From positions 455,908 through 519,907 of the forward strand of contig JBLDXI010000050.1 in NCBI GenBank assembly GCA_047495785.1: a DNA stretch of 64,000 nt, read 5' to 3'. Below the pieces are notes generated by a model that had not been told where the DNA came from, did no database searches, and saw nothing but the letters and a program-made list of their open reading frames with translations. Position numbers and translations under genes: made by a program. Each line of letters begins with the position of its first letter. Position 1 is the stretch's first letter. Of the stretch, positions 59,101 to 64,000 are shown piece by piece. This stretch comes from Lepidodermella squamata (lineage: Eukaryota > Animalia > Gastrotricha).

Positions 59101-62100
59101 TCATTTCTCGGGTGCGAAATGATAATGTGGTAGCTCTCACAGAAATTTCAGAAAATTCATTTCCCGGTTGCGAATCGATAATGCCTGCAGAAAAACGCAT
59201 CTTGTCCGATCATTTTAGTAGCTCTCACAGAAATTTCAGAAAATTCATTGCTCTTGAGTGAATGAAGAATGGCTCGCCGGCAGAACGCGACGTGTCCGAT
59301 CATTGTGGTAGCTCTCACAGAAATTTCAGTAAATTCATTGCCCTTGAGTGAATGAAGAATGGCTCGCCGGCAGAACGCGACGTGTCCGATCATTGTGGTA
59401 GCTCTCACAGAAATTTCAGAAAATTTATTGCCCTTGAGTGAAAGGAGAATGCCTCGCCGACAGAACGCGTTGTGTCCGATCATTGTGGTAGCTCTCACAG
59501 AAATTTCAGAAAATTCATTTCTCGGGTGCGAAACGATAATGTGGTAGCTCTCACAGAAATTTCAGAAAATTCATTTCTCGGTTGCGAATCGATAATGCCT
59601 GCAGAAAAACGCATCTTGTCCGATCATTTTAGTAGCTCTCACAGAAATTTCAGAAAATTCATTGCCATTGAGTGAATGAAGAATGGCTCGCCGGCAGAAC
59701 GCGACGTGTCCGATCATTGTGGTAGCTCTCACAGAAATTTCAGAAAATTTATTGCCCTTGAGTGAAAGGAGAATGCCTCGCCGACAGAACGCGTTGTGTC
59801 CGATCATTGTGGTAGCTCTCACAGAAATTTCAGAAAATTCATTTCTCGGGTGCGAAATGATAATGTGGTAGCTCTCACAGAAATTTCAGAAAATTCATTT
59901 CCCGGTTGCGAATCGATAATGCCTGCAGAAAAACGCATCTTGTCCGATCATTTTAGTAGCTCTCACAGAAATTTCAGAAAATTCATTGCTCTTGAGTGAA
60001 TGAAGAATGGCTCGCCGGCAGAACGCGACGTGTCCGATCATTGTGGTAGCTCTCGCAGAAAATTCATTGCCCTTGAGTGAATGGAGAATGGCTCGCCGAC
60101 AGAACGCATCGTGTCTGTTTATTGTGGTAGCCATCACAGGAATTTCAGAAAATTCATTGCTCGGGTGCGAAACGATAATGCCTGGCAGACAAAACGCATC
60201 TTGTCCGATCATTTTAGTAGCTCTCACAGAAATTTCAGAAAATTTATTGCCCTTGAGTGAAAGGAGAATGGCTCGCCGGCAGAACGCGACGTGTCCGATC
60301 ATTGTGGTAGCTCTCACAGAAATTTCAGTAAATTCATTGCCCTTGAGTGAATGAAGAATGGCTCGCCGGCAGAACGCGACGTGTCCGATCATTGTGGTAG
60401 CTCTCGCAGAAAATTCATTGCCCTAGAGTGAATGGAGAATGGCTCGCCGGCAGAACGCATCGTGTCCGATCATTTTAGTAGCTCTCACAGAAATTTCAGA
60501 AAATTCATTGCCCTTGAGTGAATGAAGAATGGCTCGCCGGCAGAACGCGACGTGTCCGATCATTGTGGTAGCTCTCACAGAAATTTCAGTAAATTCATTG
60601 CCCTTGAGTGAATGAAGAATGGCTCGCCGGCAGAACGCGACGTGTCCGATCATTGTGGTAGCTCTCACAGAAATTTCAGAAAATTTATTGCCCTTGAGTG
60701 AAAGGAGAATGCCTCGCCGACAGAACGCGTTGTGTCCGATCATTGTGGTAGCTCTCACAGAAATTTCAGAAAATTCATTTCTCGGGTGCGAAACGATAAT
60801 GTGGTAGCTCTCACAGAAATTTCAGAAAATTCATTTCTCGGGTGCGAAACGATAATGTGGTAGCTCTCACAGAAATTTCAGAAAATTCATTTCTCGGTTG
60901 CGAATCGATAATGCCTGCAGAAAAACGCATCTTGTCCGATCATTTTAGTAGCTCTCACAGAAATTTCAGAAAATTCATTGCCATTGAGTGAATGAAGAAT
61001 AGCTCGCCGGCAGAACGCGACGTGTCCGATCATTGTGGTAGCTCTCACAGAAATTTCAGAAAATTTATTGCCCTTGAGTGAAAGGAGAATGCCTCGCCGA
61101 CAGAACGCGTTGTGTCCGATCATTGTGGTAGCTCTCACAGAAATTTCAGTAAATTTATTGCCCTTGAGTGAATGAAGAATGGCTCGCCGGCAGAACGCGA
61201 CGTGTCCGATCATTGTGGTAGCTCTCACAGAAATTTCAGTAAATTCATTGCCCTTGAGTGAATGAAGAATGGCTCGCCGGCAGAACGCGACGTGTCCGAT
61301 CATTGTGGTAGCTCTCACAGAAATTTCAGAAAATTTATTGCCCTTGAGTGAAAGGAGAATGCCTCGCCGACAGAACGCGTTGTGTCCGATCATTGTGGTA
61401 GCTCTCACAGAAATTTCAGAAAATTCATTTCTCGGGTGCGAAACGATAATGTGGTAGCTCTCACAGAAATTTCAGAAAATTCATTTCTCGGTTGCGAATC
61501 GATAATGCCTGCAGAAAAACGCATCTTGTCCGATCATTTTAGTAGCTCTCACAGAAATTTCAGAAAATTCATTGCCATTGAGTGAATGAAGAATGGCTCG
61601 CCGGCAGAACGCGACGTGTCCGATCATTGTGGTAGCTCTCACAGAAATTTCAGAAAATTTATTGCCCTTGAGTGAAAGGAGAATGCCTCGCCGACAGAAC
61701 GCGTTGTGTCCGATCATTGTGGTAGCTCTCACAGAAATTTCAGAAAATTCATTTCTCGGGTGCGAAATGATAATGTGGTAGCTCTCACAGAAATTTCAGA
61801 AAATTCATTTCCCGGTTGCGAATCGATAATGCCTGCAGAAAAACGCATCTTGTCCGATCATTTTAGTAGCTCTCACAGAAATTTCAGAAAATTCATTGCT
61901 CTTGAGTGAATGAAGAATGGCTCGCCGGCAGAACGCGACGTGTCCGATCATTGTGGTAGCTCTCGCAGAAAATTCATTGCCCTTGAGTGAATGGAGAATG
62001 GCTCGCCGACAGAACGCATCGTGTCTGTTTATTGTGGTAGCCATCACAGGAATTTCAGAAAATTCATTGCTCGGGTGCGAAACGATAATGCCTGGCAGAC

Positions 62101-64000
62101 AAAACGCATCTTGTCCGATCATTTTAGTAGCTCTCACAGAAATTTCAGAAAATGTATTGCCCTTGAGTGAAAGGAGAATGCCTCGCCGACAGAACGCATC
62201 GTGTCCGATCATTGTGGTAGCTCTCACAGAAATTTCAGAAAATTCATTTCTCGGTTGCGAATCGATAATGCCTGCAGAAAAACGCATCTTGTCCGATCAT
62301 TTTAGTAGCTCTCACAGAAATTTCAGAAAATTCATTTCTCGGTTGCGAATCGATAATGCCTGCAGAAAAACGCATCTTGTCCGATCATTTTAGTAGCTCT
62401 CACAGAAATTTCAGAAAATTCATTTCTCGGTTGCGAATCGATAATGCCTGCAGAAAAACGCATCTTGTCCGATCATTTTAGTAGCTCTCACAGAAATTTC
62501 AGAAAATTCATTGCCCTTGAGTGAATGAAGAATGGCTCGCCGGCAGAACGCGACGTGTCCGATCATTGTGGTAGCTCTCACAGAAATTTCAGAAAATTCA
62601 TTGCCCTTGAGTGAATGAAGAATGGCTCGCCGGCAGAACGCGACGTGTCCGATCATTGTGGTAGCTCTCACAGAAATTTCAGAAAATTTATTGCCCTTGA
62701 GTGAAAGGAGAATGCCTCGCCGACAGAACGCGTTGTGTCCGATCATTGTGGTAGCTCTCACAGAAATTTCAGAAAATTCATTTCTCGGGTGCGAAACGAT
62801 AATGTGGTAGCTCTCACAGAAATTTCAGAAAATTCATTTCCCGGTTGCGAATCGATAATGCCTGCAGAAAAACGCATCTTGTCCGATCATTTTAGTAGCT
62901 CTCACAGAAATTTCAGAAAATTCATTGCCCTTGAGTGAATGAAGAATGGCTCGCCGGCAGAACGCGACGTGTCCGATCATTGTGGTAGCTCTCACAGAAA
63001 TTTCAGAAAATTTATTGCCCTTGAGTGAAAGGAGAATGACTCGCCGACAGAACGCGTTGTGTCCGATCATTGTGGTAGCTCTCACAGAAATTTCAGAAAA
63101 TTTATTGCCCTTGAGTGAAAGGAGAATGCCTCGCCGACAGAACGCATCGTGTCCGATCATTGTGGTAGCTCTCACAGAAATTTCAGAAAATTTATTGCCC
63201 TTGAGTGAAAGGAGAATGGCTCGCCGGCAGAACGCGACGTGTCCGATCATTGTGGTAGCTCTCACAGAAATTTCAGAAAATTTATTGCCCTTGAGTGAAA
63301 GGAGAATGCCTCGCCGACAGAACGCATCGTGTCCGATCATTGTGGTAGCTCTCACAGAAATTTCAGAAAATTCATTTCTCGGTTGCGAATCGATAATGCC
63401 TGCAGAAAAACGCATCTTGTCCGATCATTGTGGTAGCTCTCACAGAAATTTCAGAAAATTCATTTCTCGGGTGCGAAACGATAATGTGGTAGCTCTCACA
63501 GAAATTTCAGAAAATTCATTTCTCGGGTGCGAAACGATAATGTGGTAGCTCTCACAGAAATTTCAGAAAATTCATTTCCCGGTTGCGAATCGATAATGCC
63601 TGCAGAAAAACGCATCTTGTCCGATCATTTTAGTAGCTCTCACAGAAATTTCAGAAAATTCATTGCCCTTGAGTGAATGAAGAATGGCTCGCCGGCAGAA
63701 CGCGACGTGTCCGATCATTGTGGTAGCTCTCGCAGAAAATTCATTGCCCTAGAGTGAATGGAGAATGGCTCGCCGGCAGAACGCATCGTGTCCGATCATT
63801 TTAGTAGCTCTCACAGAAATTTCAGAAAATTCATTGCCCTTGAGTGAATGAAGAATGGCTCGCCGGCAGAACGCGACGTGTCCGATCATTGTGGTAGCTC
63901 TCACAGAAATTTCAGAAAATTCATTGCCCTTGAGTGAATGAGGAATGGCTCGCCGGCAGAACGCGACGTGTCCGATCATTGTGGACTCTCACGAGATGTG
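56151..64000. repeat. 90-bp satellite, block 4 (third variant domain, rich in CCCTTGAGTGAA-type and 56-bp monomers)
   Basis: Resumes after the hAT TSD. Lacks the TCTAGGAGG and GGGATCGAAAC monomers and gains CCCTAGAGTG and CCATTGAGTG variants. The last ~16 nt deviate from consensus. Confidence 0.96.

Noticed and set aside
21229-64000. Short satellite-derived ORFs in the right-hand blocks
   Set aside because: Same repeat artefact, with frames constantly broken by 89/88/56-bp monomers.
1-64000. CRISPR-like look (conserved core with variable segment)
   Set aside because: The variable segments are mutually homologous and reused hundreds of times, there are no cas genes, and the context is eukaryotic TEs.
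63984-64000. Departure from consensus at the window end as a new insertion junction
   Set aside because: Only ~16 nt and it resembles a deletion-riddled monomer (low-quality end). It cannot be interpreted without downstream sequence.

Overview
Eukaryotic (animal-type, probably invertebrate) heterochromatin. About 53 kb of the window is one head-to-tail tandem satellite with a 90-bp monomer. It is organised into sequence-variant domains with 180-bp dimers and irregular higher-order repeats (HORs), and it looks centromeric or pericentromeric. Nearly all ORFs in the supplied track are artefacts of this 90-bp (30-codon) repeat. Three insertions interrupt the array, each with a target-site duplication (TSD). 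(1) A 5'-truncated CR1/L2-type LINE (20344-21228). (2) An intact, very young 8573-bp Ty3/Gypsy (Metaviridae) element (30349-38921). It has identical 327-bp LTRs, a tRNA-Leu PBS, gag, -1-frameshifted pol and an env-like class I fusion ORF. It also carries an extra antisense ORF with its own poly(A) signal, a duplicated PPT and long-range complementary RNA elements. (3) A 1602-bp non-autonomous hAT-like DNA transposon (54549-56150) with a nested foldback MITE. The best candidate for an undescribed system is the env-bearing retroelement with its antisense accessory cassette and RNA-pairing elements. No host genes, RNA genes or CRISPR arrays are supported.
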